Numbered from the stretch's first letter, positions 8,252 through 17,107 are shown. The stretch: DNA of 46,470 bases from a virus (IMGVR_UViG_3300017917_002605:1-46470); one strand, 5' to 3'. The notes: generated from the letters alone by a model not told the origin. A program made the numbers and translations.

Positions 8252-10612
8252 ATGACTACTTTTTCCGTTGAATCAAAATCGCAGCTGGCCAAACTGTTGG
8301 CCACTGAAAACCTGACCATTCAACACCAAAAGATTCGTACAGCCAAGTTTGACCCTACAAACCGTGTGCTGTATTGTCCTATTTGGAAAGATATGTCCGG
8401 TGACCTCTATGACCTGCTGATGGGACATGAGGTTGGTCACGCATTGGAAACTCCTGCTGACGGTTGGCATGAAGCTGTTAAGGAAGGTGTTTCTAAAAAG
8501 TACAAGCACTTCCTGAATGTTGTGGAAGATGCCCGTATCGAAAAGAAAATCAAGCGCCGTTATCCTGGTCTCCGTGCCAGCTTTGTTCGTGGTTATAAAA
8601 ACCTGCTTGACCGTGACTTCTTCGGTATCGCTGACCGTGATGTAAATACACTTCCTTTCATTGACCGTTTGAATCTGTACACCAAAGGCGGCACCCTTCT
8701 TGGTATTGAATTCAATGCTGAAGAAACGGAAATGCTTCGCCGTGTGGAATCTTGCGAAACTTGGCAAGATGTTTTGAATGTTACTGCTTCGGTTTACGAA
8801 TATTCTAAAACCGAACAACAACAAATGCAAGAGCAAGAAATGGCTTCAACTGCCATTGGTTCTGGTGATTATGATGAATATGAAGATGATTACGAATATG
8901 ATTACGATTCGTATGATGAAAATGAAGATGAACCTGAAGACACCGAAACTGGTGATTCCAATGAATCGTCCGATGAAGATGATGAAGGTGGCAAACAGAA
9001 CGTAGGTGAAAAACGTGACGTTGAAGAAAAATCGGAAGAAACCAAAAATTCTTCCGATGAAGAAACCGACAAATCGCCTGATGGTGAAGACACCGATGTT
9101 GTCAATAAGTTGAATCGTTGGAAAGATTCGACCGAATCCTATCACAAAGATTTTGAACCTGTTTGTTCAACTGATGAAACTTTCCGTGAAAACGAATCAC
9201 AGCTTCTGAATGAAGTGTGTAAGGAATATGTGTATGCCAATATTCCTACTCCTAACATGAAGCAAATTCTTACACCTTACAATCGTGTGCATGAACAACT
9301 TGAAGAAAAATTCAAGGAGCACCAAATTGATAGTGCAAAACTGTACAACGATTTTAAGTCCAAGAATGAGCGTTACATTTCTTTGCTTGCCAAAGAATTT
9401 GAAATGCGTAAGGCAGCTCGTTCATATTCTAAGACCAAAACTTCCGTGTCTGGCGACATTGATATTTCTCGCCTGTGGAAGTATCAAGTCGATGACAACA
9501 TTTTCAAGAAACTGCAACGCACACCTAAAGGCAAGTCCCACGGCCTTGTGATGTTGCTTGACCGTTCTGGTTCGATGACTGACAATATGGCTGGTTCTCT
9601 TGAGCAGATTATGGTGCTTGCATCGTTCTGCCGCAAAGTGAATATTCCTTTTGTTCTGTATGGTTTTGGTGACTGTGAAGATTCTCGCCGTATCGATTTT
9701 CCTAATGAGTTGAAGACCAAGTGCTTTAGTAACAACATCGGTGAATTGAACATGAGCAATATGTACCTGCGTGAATATTTGAATTCACGTATGGGTAATG
9801 CCGAATTCACCCGTTGCATGAGAAACTTGGCTGCTCTGAAAAAGTCCTACGAATCTCGGTACAGTCGTTATCTCCGTCCTTATTCGGAACACCTGAGCAA
9901 TACTCCTTTGCTGCAAGCAATGGTTGCCATGAAGAACATCGTTCAAGATTTCCGCAAAGTGAATAATCTTGACCTTGTTAATATGGTCGTTGTGCATGAT
10001 GGTGATGCCGATTCGTGTGATTACGTTATCGCTCAACGTAAAGGTTATGATGGTTCTATCTATTTGGGTGCCATGCCATTTGACAATCGCCGTCAAAATG
10101 TTGTGATTCGTGATGTTAAAAACAAAATCGAGATTCAACTTCGTAGTGAAGGTCCTAATCACCAATATGATGATGCGCTTCGTGCCGGCCTTTTCAAGTG
10201 GTTCAGCAAAGTGACTGGTGCCAAGATTTTTGGTTTCTTCATCACTGGCGGTAACCGCAGCACCAAGTTTGCTGTGTGTAACAAGTATATTGACAAAGAT
10301 GGCAGAAACGTTTATGATATGATGGGTATTGACCGTAATGCAAATTACGTTCATCGTCCTGACCGTAGTGAGTACGTTTCTTCAATTTCTAAGATGTTGA
10401 CAAAAGATAAATTTGTTGAATCTTTCAATGAAGGTTACACTGCTTTCTACATGATTCCTGGTGGTGAACACCTGCGGGTCGTTGATGAAGAATTGAATAT
10501 TGACGGTAAAGTTACCGCTGGTAAATTGAAGAATGCGTTTATGAAAGTTGCCAAGGCAAAGCAAGTGAATCGTGTTCTGGTTTCTCGGTTTATTCAAGGT
10601 ATCGCAGCGTAA
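8252..10612 (+). CDS. Zincin metallopeptidase-acidic linker-vWA protein (CobT-like partner of MoxR AAA)
   Basis: GHEVGH (HExxH) and NVVEDARIE; long D/E-rich linker; LLDRSGSM MIDAS and VHDGDA. Confidence 0.8.
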   Translation: MTTFSVESKSQLAKLLATENLTIQHQKIRTAKFDPTNRVLYCPIWKDMSGDLYDLLMGHEVGHALETPADGWHEAVKEGVSKKYKHFLNVVEDARIEKKIKRRYPGLRASFVRGYKNLLDRDFFGIADRDVNTLPFIDRLNLYTKGGTLLGIEFNAEETEMLRRVESCETWQDVLNVTASVYEYSKTEQQQMQEQEMASTAIGSGDYDEYEDDYEYDYDSYDENEDEPEDTETGDSNESSDEDDEGGKQNVGEKRDVEEKSEETKNSSDEETDKSPDGEDTDVVNKLNRWKDSTESYHKDFEPVCSTDETFRENESQLLNEVCKEYVYANIPTPNMKQILTPYNRVHEQLEEKFKEHQIDSAKLYNDFKSKNERYISLLAKEFEMRKAARSYSKTKTSVSGDIDISRLWKYQVDDNIFKKLQRTPKGKSHGLVMLLDRSGSMTDNMAGSLEQIMVLASFCRKVNIPFVLYGFGDCEDSRRIDFPNELKTKCFSNNIGELNMSNMYLREYLNSRMGNAEFTRCMRNLAALKKSYESRYSRYLRPYSEHLSNTPLLQAMVAMKNIVQDFRKVNNLDLVNMVVVHDGDADSCDYVIAQRKGYDGSIYLGAMPFDNRRQNVVIRDVKNKIEIQLRSEGPNHQYDDALRAGLFKWFSKVTGAKIFGFFITGGNRSTKFAVCNKYIDKDGRNVYDMMGIDRNANYVHRPDRSEYVSSISKMLTKDKFVESFNEGYTAFYMIPGGEHLRVVDEELNIDGKVTAGKLKNAFMKVAKAKQVNRVLVSRFIQGIAA

Positions 10613-10636
10613 GCTGTTGATTTTAAAGAGGAAATC

Positions 10637-10654
10637 TGTTGTAAAAAAACAACA
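10637..10654. promoter_or_regulatory. Palindromic operator-like site TGTTGT-N6-ACAACA
   Basis: Perfect 6+6 inverted repeat 9 nt upstream of a -35 box; same motif at 7961-7978. Confidence 0.5.
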
Positions 10655-10663
10655 ACGTGTGGC

Positions 10664-10691
10664 TTGCCATCCTCCAGGTTTCCTGTATAAT
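10664..10691 (+). promoter_or_regulatory. sigma70-type promoter for the AAA ATPase
   Basis: TTGCCA, 16 nt, TATAAT. Confidence 0.7.
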
Positions 10692-10719
10692 TGTGATGTT
10701 CTAGTGAGAAAGGTATATT

Positions 10720-11931
10720 ATGCGTATCAAGATTGAAGCTCGTGAGAAGTTCATTAAACTTGCTCAGGCTACCGGTAAAACGGTTCTTACATTGCAGGAA
10801 ATTAAAGACCTGTGTGAAGAAAACGGACTTAAATTTCCTCAGTGGTTTGCTAAAGATATGGCGAACCGTGCCGGCCGTGGAATGTATTGGGTTCCCGCCA
10901 CGACCGTTGCTCAGGCGATTGAACCTGCTCCTGCCGTTGCTATGGCGCCTGCTCAAGTATTGAAAATGAAAACTGACCACGATAAAAATATGTCAGGTAA
11001 CCGTATCTCTAACGTTACAACTGACCTTGAAACCGTAAATCTTGTTCCAAAAGTTTATAAGAATTATGTTCCTTTTGGTAACTACGATGATATCCTTTCC
11101 ATTGTTGCTTCGAAGCAATTCTTTCCCATTCTAATTACTGGTCATTCTGGTAACGGCAAAACAATGTCTGTTGAACAGGCTTGTGCAAAACTTGGCCGTA
11201 AATTCATCTGTGTGTCCATGACACCTGAAACCGATGAATCTGACCTGCTTGGTAACTTTGTGCTTATCAACGGTCAAATGGAATGGCGTGATGGTCCTGT
11301 TACCGTTGCTGCACGCCAAGGTGCCGTGCTGTGTATCGATGAAATCGATTATGGTGCTCAGAACCTTTCCACTCTGCAACGTGTCCTTGAAGGCAAACCG
11401 TTTCTTCTGAAAAAGAAGAATGAACTGATTGTGCCTGCTGAAGGTTTCACAATCATTGCTACTGCAAACACCAAAGGTAAAGGCAGTGAAGATGGTCGTT
11501 ACATGTTCACCAACGTGCTTAACGAAGCTTTCCTTGAACGTTTTCTGAATACGATGGAACAGGAATATCCTCCTGTTACCGTTGAAAAGAAAATCATTAA
11601 GAAGGAACTTTCATCCGCTGGCCGTGCCGATGATGAATTTGCCGATAAACTGGTAACTTGGGCTGATGTGATTCGCAAAACCTTTGCTGAAGGTGGTTGT
11701 GATGAAATTATCTCCACTCGCCGTCTTGTGCATATCACCCGTACCTACGGTATTTTCGGTGACAAGATGAAGGCAATCAGTCTGTGTCTGAATCGTTTTG
11801 ATGATGACACTAAACTTTCCTTCCTTGACCTGTACACCAAGGTTGATGCAGGCGCAAATGCCGATACCATTAATCAACCGGCACCTGAAGAAATTCAAGT
11901 TGCCGAAAAGGATGAAGAAATCCCGTTTTAA
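10720..11931 (+). CDS. CobS/MoxR-like AAA+ ATPase
   Basis: GHSGNGKT Walker A, ETDESDLLG, LCIDEID Walker B, ATANTKG, AFLERF, ISTRRL. Confidence 0.9.
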   Translation: MRIKIEAREKFIKLAQATGKTVLTLQEIKDLCEENGLKFPQWFAKDMANRAGRGMYWVPATTVAQAIEPAPAVAMAPAQVLKMKTDHDKNMSGNRISNVTTDLETVNLVPKVYKNYVPFGNYDDILSIVASKQFFPILITGHSGNGKTMSVEQACAKLGRKFICVSMTPETDESDLLGNFVLINGQMEWRDGPVTVAARQGAVLCIDEIDYGAQNLSTLQRVLEGKPFLLKKKNELIVPAEGFTIIATANTKGKGSEDGRYMFTNVLNEAFLERFLNTMEQEYPPVTVEKKIIKKELSSAGRADDEFADKLVTWADVIRKTFAEGGCDEIISTRRLVHITRTYGIFGDKMKAISLCLNRFDDDTKLSFLDLYTKVDAGANADTINQPAPEEIQVAEKDEEIPF

Positions 11932-11952
11932 TTTCCTCTCTCACTAGAGGTT

Positions 11953-11980
11953 GACCCATCGGCAACGGTGGGTCTTTTTT
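11953..11980 (+). terminator. Intrinsic terminator
   Basis: GACCCATCG-GCAA-CGGTGGGTC followed by T6. Confidence 0.85.
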
Positions 11981-12001
11981 GAATGTTTACCTTAAAAGTG
12001 G

Positions 12002-12030
12002 TTGACATTCAAAAGAGAATTAGATACAAT
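12002..12030 (+). promoter_or_regulatory. sigma70-type promoter
   Basis: TTGACA, 17 nt, TACAAT. Confidence 0.8.
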
Positions 12031-12037
12031 AAAGAAT

Positions 12038-12080
12038 CTGAGGAATGAACCACTCCTCAGGTAATTGTGAAAAGTGGTTC
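12038..12080 (+). ncRNA. Predicted H-type pseudoknot in the 5' leader
   Basis: S1 CTGAGGA(12038-44)/TCCTCAG(12054-60); S2 GAACCAC(12047-53)/GTGGTTC(12074-80); both perfect 7 bp. Confidence 0.65.
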
Positions 12081-12101
12081 GTTTTATTATGAGGAAACAT
12101 T

Positions 12102-12374
12102 ATGTCCGCAAAATCCAAAGTTCTGTCTTATCTGTCCAAAACTGATGGTTACAACACTCTGACTGCACAGAAGATGCAGAGCGTTTTTGGTATTTCTAAT
12201 CCAAGCGCAACCATTAATGAGCTTCGCAACGAAGGTCATGCCATCTATTTGAACACCCGCATTAACTCTAACGGTGAGAAGGTTTCTTTCTACCGTCTTG
12301 GCACTCCTACTAAGCGCCAAGTTGCTGCTGGCCTTTTTGCCCTACGCCAAGCAGGTATTAGCACTTTCGCCTAA
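12102..12374 (+). CDS. Small winged helix-turn-helix protein
   Basis: GAGGA SD; LTAQKMQSVFGISNPSATINELRNEGHAI followed by a beta-wing ...FYRL. Confidence 0.65.
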   Translation: MSAKSKVLSYLSKTDGYNTLTAQKMQSVFGISNPSATINELRNEGHAIYLNTRINSNGEKVSFYRLGTPTKRQVAAGLFALRQAGISTFA

Positions 12375-12394
12375 TTCATTAGGTGTAACTAGCG

Positions 12395-12431
12395 AGAGGA
12401 GCGATATATAATAGTATCGCTTCTCTTTTTT
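12395..12431 (+). terminator. Intrinsic terminator
   Basis: GAGGAGCGATA/TATCGCTTCTC 11-bp stem (loop TATAATAG) followed by T-run. Confidence 0.75.
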
Positions 12432-12447
12432 ATTTTATGGGTATATT

Positions 12448-13263
12448 ATGGAAATTCAAGTAAAAGTAGATGACTTGAAACAACACAAGTTGTTTGTTGC
12501 CACACCAATGTATGGTGGCATGAATCACGGACTCTACATGAAGTCCTGCCTTGACCTTCAAGGTATGTTAAACCGCTACGGCGTGGAAGTGAAATTCTCC
12601 TTCCTTTTCAATGAATCTCTTATCACCAGAGCTCGCAACTACTTGGTGGATGAGTTTCTCCGCACAGATTACACACACATGCTGTTTATCGACAGCGACA
12701 TTCATTTCAATCCCCAAGATGTGATTGCTCTACTTGCACTTGATAAAGATGTTATTGGTGCACCGTATCCTAAGAAGTCTATCAATTGGGGCAACGTAGC
12801 ACAAGCTGCACGTACTCACCCAACTATGGAACCACGGGAATTGGAAAACCTGGTCGGTGAATATGTTTTCAACGTAGTTAAAGGCACTGAATCGTTCCAA
12901 GTTTCTGAACCACTTCAGGTTATGGAAATCGGTACTGGTTTTATGATGATTAAGCGTCATGTTTTCAACAAACTAGAAATCGAATTCCCTCAACTGCGAT
13001 ACAAACCAGACCATGTTGGTCAAGCCAACTTTGATGGTTCACGTTACATTCATGCGTACTTTGATACGATTATTGACACCAAAGAATCTGCAACTGGTGG
13101 TGGTTCCGACCGTTACCTAAGTGAAGATTATATGTTCTGTCAATTGTGGCGCAAGATTGGTGGAGAAATCTACCTGTGTCCATGGATGCGTACTCAACAC
13201 ATCGGCACATATGCCTTTACTGGTAATATGCCTGCTGTTGCTAACTATACTGGAAGACTGTGA
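12448..13263 (+). CDS. GT-A fold glycosyltransferase-like protein
   Basis: VATPMYGG, SLITRARN, LFIDSDI (DxD), GTGFMMIKR, LSEDYMFC. Confidence 0.7.
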   Translation: MEIQVKVDDLKQHKLFVATPMYGGMNHGLYMKSCLDLQGMLNRYGVEVKFSFLFNESLITRARNYLVDEFLRTDYTHMLFIDSDIHFNPQDVIALLALDKDVIGAPYPKKSINWGNVAQAARTHPTMEPRELENLVGEYVFNVVKGTESFQVSEPLQVMEIGTGFMMIKRHVFNKLEIEFPQLRYKPDHVGQANFDGSRYIHAYFDTIIDTKESATGGGSDRYLSEDYMFCQLWRKIGGEIYLCPWMRTQHIGTYAFTGNMPAVANYTGRL

Positions 13264-13514
13264 TGCAAGAAACACAAAGCGAAATTAAAACTGTTGAAAC
13301 TGTAGAAGAACTACAGAATCTTTCTACCACATTGAAAAACCTTCATGTGCCACAACGCCTTGAAGGTGAATCATTCGATGACTATGTTAAGCGCCGCACT
13401 CTTTCCAATCTGAACATCAAGTACAATCGTAAGAATGGAAAGATGTTTTGGAATTCTTCTGAATTGGGAACTTATGTAAAGGCGAAAAATGGCAACGAAA
13501 CGGTTGAAGTCTGA
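13260..13514 (+). CDS. Hypothetical protein
   Basis: 84-aa ORF coupled to flanking genes by overlaps. Confidence 0.6.
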   Translation: MMQETQSEIKTVETVEELQNLSTTLKNLHVPQRLEGESFDDYVKRRTLSNLNIKYNRKNGKMFWNSSELGTYVKAKNGNETVEV

Positions 13515-13842
13515 AACCGATGCGGTCGCCGCTTCTCAGGTGGCGACCACCGGTGGTAGAAAATTTGACGGCGGTAAACTTGAATATGGTTTGTTGCCAC
13601 CTCAAGCACTAAAGGCAACTGTAGAAGTACTTACCTTTGGTGCTCAAAAATATGAACGTGATAACTGGAAGAATGTTCCGGATTCTAAACGTAGATATTT
13701 TGATGCATTACAAAGGCATCTATGGGCATGGAAAGAAGGTGAAATCCAGGACCCCGAATCTGGTAAACATCACCTAGCACATGCGCTTTGTTGCCTCATG
13801 TTTCTATATGAACATGATACAATCTATTCACGTGACGAATAA
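13489..13842 (+). CDS. dATP/dGTP diphosphohydrolase domain protein (DUF5664-like)
   Basis: GRKFDGGK..YGLLP, GAQKY..DNW, DPESG.HHLAHA.CCLMFL. Confidence 0.8.
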   Translation: MATKRLKSETDAVAASQVATTGGRKFDGGKLEYGLLPPQALKATVEVLTFGAQKYERDNWKNVPDSKRRYFDALQRHLWAWKEGEIQDPESGKHHLAHALCCLMFLYEHDTIYSRDE

Positions 13843-13860
13843 ATTTTTTTGGAGTATATT

Positions 13861-14541
13861 ATGAAACTATCTGCTGACACTATCTCTTTGCTGAAGAACT
13901 TTGCTACGATTAATCAAGGCATTCTTTTCAAGCAAGGCAAAACAATCAAAACCGTTTCTTCACACAAGAATATTCTTGCTGAAGCAAACATCACCGAAGA
14001 AATTCCGACTGAATTCGGTGTCTATGACCTGAACAACTTCCTCTCCGTTGTTTCTCTGCACAAAGATGAACCCTCTTTTGAATTCGTTCAGAATGATGTT
14101 GTCATTTGTGGTAACAAAGGTCGTTCTAAAATCAAGTATCGATTCTGTGACCCTAAGAGCATCGTAACTCCTCCTGAAAAGTCTTTGCAAATGCCTGACC
14201 CAGAGATTGCATTTGAACTTTCAGAAGAAGACCTTGGTTGGGTTCTGCGTGTTGCTTCTGTACTTTCTTCTCCTCAGATTGCTGTTGAATCTGATGGTTC
14301 TAAAATTAGTCTTGTTGCAATGAACCTGCAAGACAATTCTGCTCACACCGATACACTTGAAATCGCTGATGGTAATGGTGACAAGTATCGAATGATTTTC
14401 AAGACCGAGAATCTAAAGATGATTTCTGGTTCTTATGATGTTAAGATTTCCTCTAAGGGTATTTCTCATTTCAAGAACAAGAACAAAGACCTTCAGTATT
14501 GGATTACCACTGAAGCTGGTTCTACTTTCACAAAGGCCTAA
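13861..14541 (+). CDS. gp45: Sliding clamp gp45
   Basis: MKLS..T...LKNFATINQGI, FGVYDLNNFL; ATG at 13861 with GGAG SD. Confidence 0.95.
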   Translation: MKLSADTISLLKNFATINQGILFKQGKTIKTVSSHKNILAEANITEEIPTEFGVYDLNNFLSVVSLHKDEPSFEFVQNDVVICGNKGRSKIKYRFCDPKSIVTPPEKSLQMPDPEIAFELSEEDLGWVLRVASVLSSPQIAVESDGSKISLVAMNLQDNSAHTDTLEIADGNGDKYRMIFKTENLKMISGSYDVKISSKGISHFKNKNKDLQYWITTEAGSTFTKA

Positions 14542-14543
14542 TT

Positions 14544-14720
14544 ATGTCCAAGTTTGCATTTGTGGTCGATGCGACCAATAAACAATCTATGGCTTTGAAT
14601 GTTGATAAGATTATGGCAATCATTGATGAAAAGCCTGTATTGATTCGACTGGTCGATGAAGTTGCTGTCAAGGTTGAAGGTGATTTTCTGGAAATCGTTG
14701 CACGTTTGAAGGCTGAATAA
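14544..14720 (+). CDS. Small hypothetical protein (58 aa, not in ORF track)
   Basis: MSKFAFVVDATNKQSMALNVDKIMAII...ARLKAE*; fills the gap between gp45 and the next gene, TAATG coupling at 14718-14722. Confidence 0.65.
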   Translation: MSKFAFVVDATNKQSMALNVDKIMAIIDEKPVLIRLVDEVAVKVEGDFLEIVARLKAE

Positions 14721-15067
14721 TGGAAAAGATAGGCCGTAGAAACTTTGCTAAGTCTCTTGGCCTTCTTGGTTTAATTGGCGTTGGTGTCGCTGGTTATAAA
14801 GAGGCCAAAGAACGAATTGTCTATAAACAGGACGAACTTCCAACTAAAGAGTTAGAAGAACAACTGAACACCAAACCTGTGTTGCAATTGACCGCAACGT
14901 ATGGTGAAGAATTACCAACACAACAACAAAGTTACGGAAACTATTACTTCATTGGTACAGGTCCAAATTACAAACCCGGTACAGAAAAACGGGTAGATGT
15001 AAGAATTGTGCCTGGTCCTGATGGCAAACTTTACGTCAAAGAGAATGACACTTGGCGTAAAATCTGA
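14720..15067 (+). CDS. Hypothetical protein with twin-arginine (Tat)-like signal peptide
   Basis: N-terminus MEKIGRRNFAKSLGLLGLIGVGVAG. Confidence 0.65.
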   Translation: MEKIGRRNFAKSLGLLGLIGVGVAGYKEAKERIVYKQDELPTKELEEQLNTKPVLQLTATYGEELPTQQQSYGNYYFIGTGPNYKPGTEKRVDVRIVPGPDGKLYVKENDTWRKI

Positions 15068-15098
15068 TATAATGTTATTTTTATTATGAGGTCTGTGA

Positions 15099-16031
15099 AT
15101 GTCGGAACAACTACTGTGGACGGAGAAGTATCGTCCTAAAACTATTGCTGATTGTATTCTTCCTGAGCGACTGAAGAAGCCGTTCTCTGAATACGTTAAT
15201 GCAAAAGAAATCCCTAACTTGCTTCTGAGTGGCGGTGCTGGTGTCGGCAAGACAACTGTTGCCAAGGCCATGTGTGAAGAAGTTGGTTGCGATTATATGG
15301 TTATCAACGGTTCAGATGAAACTGGTGTTGATGCCGTTCGTTACAAGATTAAGAACTATGCTTCCAGTATGTCTCTTGCTGGCGGCCGCAAGGTCGTTAT
15401 CGTAGATGAGGCAGACTATCTCACGCCAAACGCTCAGGCTGCGTTTCGTAATGTGATTGAAGAATTTGCTGGTAACTGTTCTTTCATCTTCACATGTAAC
15501 TTCAAAAACAAAATCATTGAACCTCTGCACTCTCGTTGTGCGAACGTTGAATTCATACTGAAGGGTAATGAGAAGGCTCAGATGGCTGCTCAATTCTTCA
15601 AGCGAATTCAGATGATTTTGCAAAGTGAAGAAATCAAGGCGGATGATAAGGTTGTTGCTGAACTGGTCAAGAAACACTTTCCAGACTTCCGCCGTGTCAT
15701 TAATGAACTGCAACGTTACTCCAAGTTTGGTGAGATTGACACCGGCATTCTGTCTCAGATTGTTGAAGTAGGTCTGAATGATGTTATCAAGTTTCTGAAA
15801 GAGAAAGACTTTGGTAACATTCGTAAGTGGGTTGCTTCCAATGATATCGATTCTGCAAGTCTGTATCGTAAACTATATGATGCCTTGTATGATGTTTTGA
15901 AACCTCAGTCTATTCCACAAGCAGTCATTATCCTGGCTGACTACCAGTACAAACATGCGTTTGTTGCTGATGCCGAAATCAATACGGTTGCTTGTCTGAC
16001 TGAATTGATGGTGGAATGTGAGTTCAAATGA
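15099..16031 (+). CDS. gp44: Clamp loader large subunit gp44
   Basis: LWTEKYRP, GGAGVGKT, DEAD, LHSRC, PDFRR. Confidence 0.95.
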   Translation: MSEQLLWTEKYRPKTIADCILPERLKKPFSEYVNAKEIPNLLLSGGAGVGKTTVAKAMCEEVGCDYMVINGSDETGVDAVRYKIKNYASSMSLAGGRKVVIVDEADYLTPNAQAAFRNVIEEFAGNCSFIFTCNFKNKIIEPLHSRCANVEFILKGNEKAQMAAQFFKRIQMILQSEEIKADDKVVAELVKKHFPDFRRVINELQRYSKFGEIDTGILSQIVEVGLNDVIKFLKEKDFGNIRKWVASNDIDSASLYRKLYDALYDVLKPQSIPQAVIILADYQYKHAFVADAEINTVACLTELMVECEFK

Positions 16032-16318
16032 TTGATACTATATTCAAACCGACTATAGACTGGATTAAAGAAGATTATGCTAGCCATCCTTTTCGCTTTA
16101 TTGTCGAGCTTCTTGCTTGGGTTATTAGTATTGGCTGTAGCATCGCAATGGCCCTTACGGTCCCTACGCCACCTTTGCTTATTCTCTATCCCATTTGGAT
16201 TACTGGTTGTGCTTTGTACGCTTGGGCTGCTTTTACTAGAAAGTCTTTTGGCATGTTGGCTAACTACATCCTGTTAACCACTATTGATACTATTGGTCTT
16301 ATCAGGATGTTAACATGA
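16028..16318 (+). CDS. Small multi-pass membrane protein
   Basis: Three hydrophobic segments; ATGA overlaps with gp44 and gp62. Confidence 0.7.
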   Translation: MIDTIFKPTIDWIKEDYASHPFRFIVELLAWVISIGCSIAMALTVPTPPLLILYPIWITGCALYAWAAFTRKSFGMLANYILLTTIDTIGLIRMLT

Positions 16319-16698
16319 GTCCATTTGATTTTGTAAACCAGATTCTACAAGGTAAAGAGAACCTTATTGTAGATGAAGATACGGAGAACGATTACGCACC
16401 ATTCCTGGTGAATCGCAGTCTATCTTATCATAAAGACTGTATTCTATTCGCAAACGAAATGAACAGACGGCATTTCCTCGATAAAAAGTTGCAGAATGAC
16501 TTTTTACTAAATACCGTCAGGTCTCGGAAAAGACCTTTCGTTAAGTGGGTTAAACCTGAGAAAAGTGAAGATTTGTCATGCATAAAACAAGTCTATGGCT
16601 TTTCAGACGCCAAAGCCCGTGAAGCTCTACGCTTACTTAATGATGAAGAAATCCAACAACTAAAAAAACAAACCGATATCGGTGGATTGAGGAAATGA
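16315..16698 (+). CDS. gp62: Clamp loader small subunit gp62
   Basis: Y.PFLVNRSLS...D...ANEMN, YGFS..KAREAL. Confidence 0.9.
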   Translation: MSPFDFVNQILQGKENLIVDEDTENDYAPFLVNRSLSYHKDCILFANEMNRRHFLDKKLQNDFLLNTVRSRKRPFVKWVKPEKSEDLSCIKQVYGFSDAKAREALRLLNDEEIQQLKKQTDIGGLRK

Positions 16699-16702
16699 TA
16701 AA

Positions 16703-17107
16703 ATGTTTGACCTATCAAACTTTGTTGAGGTAACTCTCAATGAACAAGATGATTTCTTGAAGGTTCGTGAAACTCTTACACGAATCGGTGTATCGTCAAG
16801 AAAAGAAAAGGTACTTTATCAGTCTTGCCATATATTACATAAACAAGGCAAATACTATATCGTACATTTCAAAGAATTGTTTGCGTTAGATGGAAAGCCA
16901 TCTAATCTATCTGAGAATGATGTTCAAAGACGTAATGCAATTGCAAAGTTACTTGAAGAATGGGGATTGATTACGATTGTTAATCCACAAGTGATGAAAG
17001 ATAACATTGCGCCGTTACACCAGATTAAAATTATTGCGTTCAAAGAAAAAGATGAATGGGACTTGATTGCCAAGTACCAAATTGGAACAAAAAAGAAAGA
17101 TATCTAA
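16703..17107 (+). CDS. regA: Translational repressor RegA
   Basis: DDFLKVRETLTRIG, LYQSCHILHKQGKYYIVHFKELF. Confidence 0.95.
   Translation: MFDLSNFVEVTLNEQDDFLKVRETLTRIGVSSRKEKVLYQSCHILHKQGKYYIVHFKELFALDGKPSNLSENDVQRRNAIAKLLEEWGLITIVNPQVMKDNIAPLHQIKIIAFKEKDEWDLIAKYQIGTKKKDI

Noticed and set aside
8860-9080. GAT/GAA-rich quasi-repeats
   Set aside because: Explained by the Asp/Glu-rich linker codons of the peptidase-vWA protein; not a DNA repeat array
13489-13842. A 2-aminoadenine (Z-genome) pathway suggested by DUF5664
   Set aside because: No PurZ or DatZ-like HD gene in this window; DUF5664 alone is insufficient
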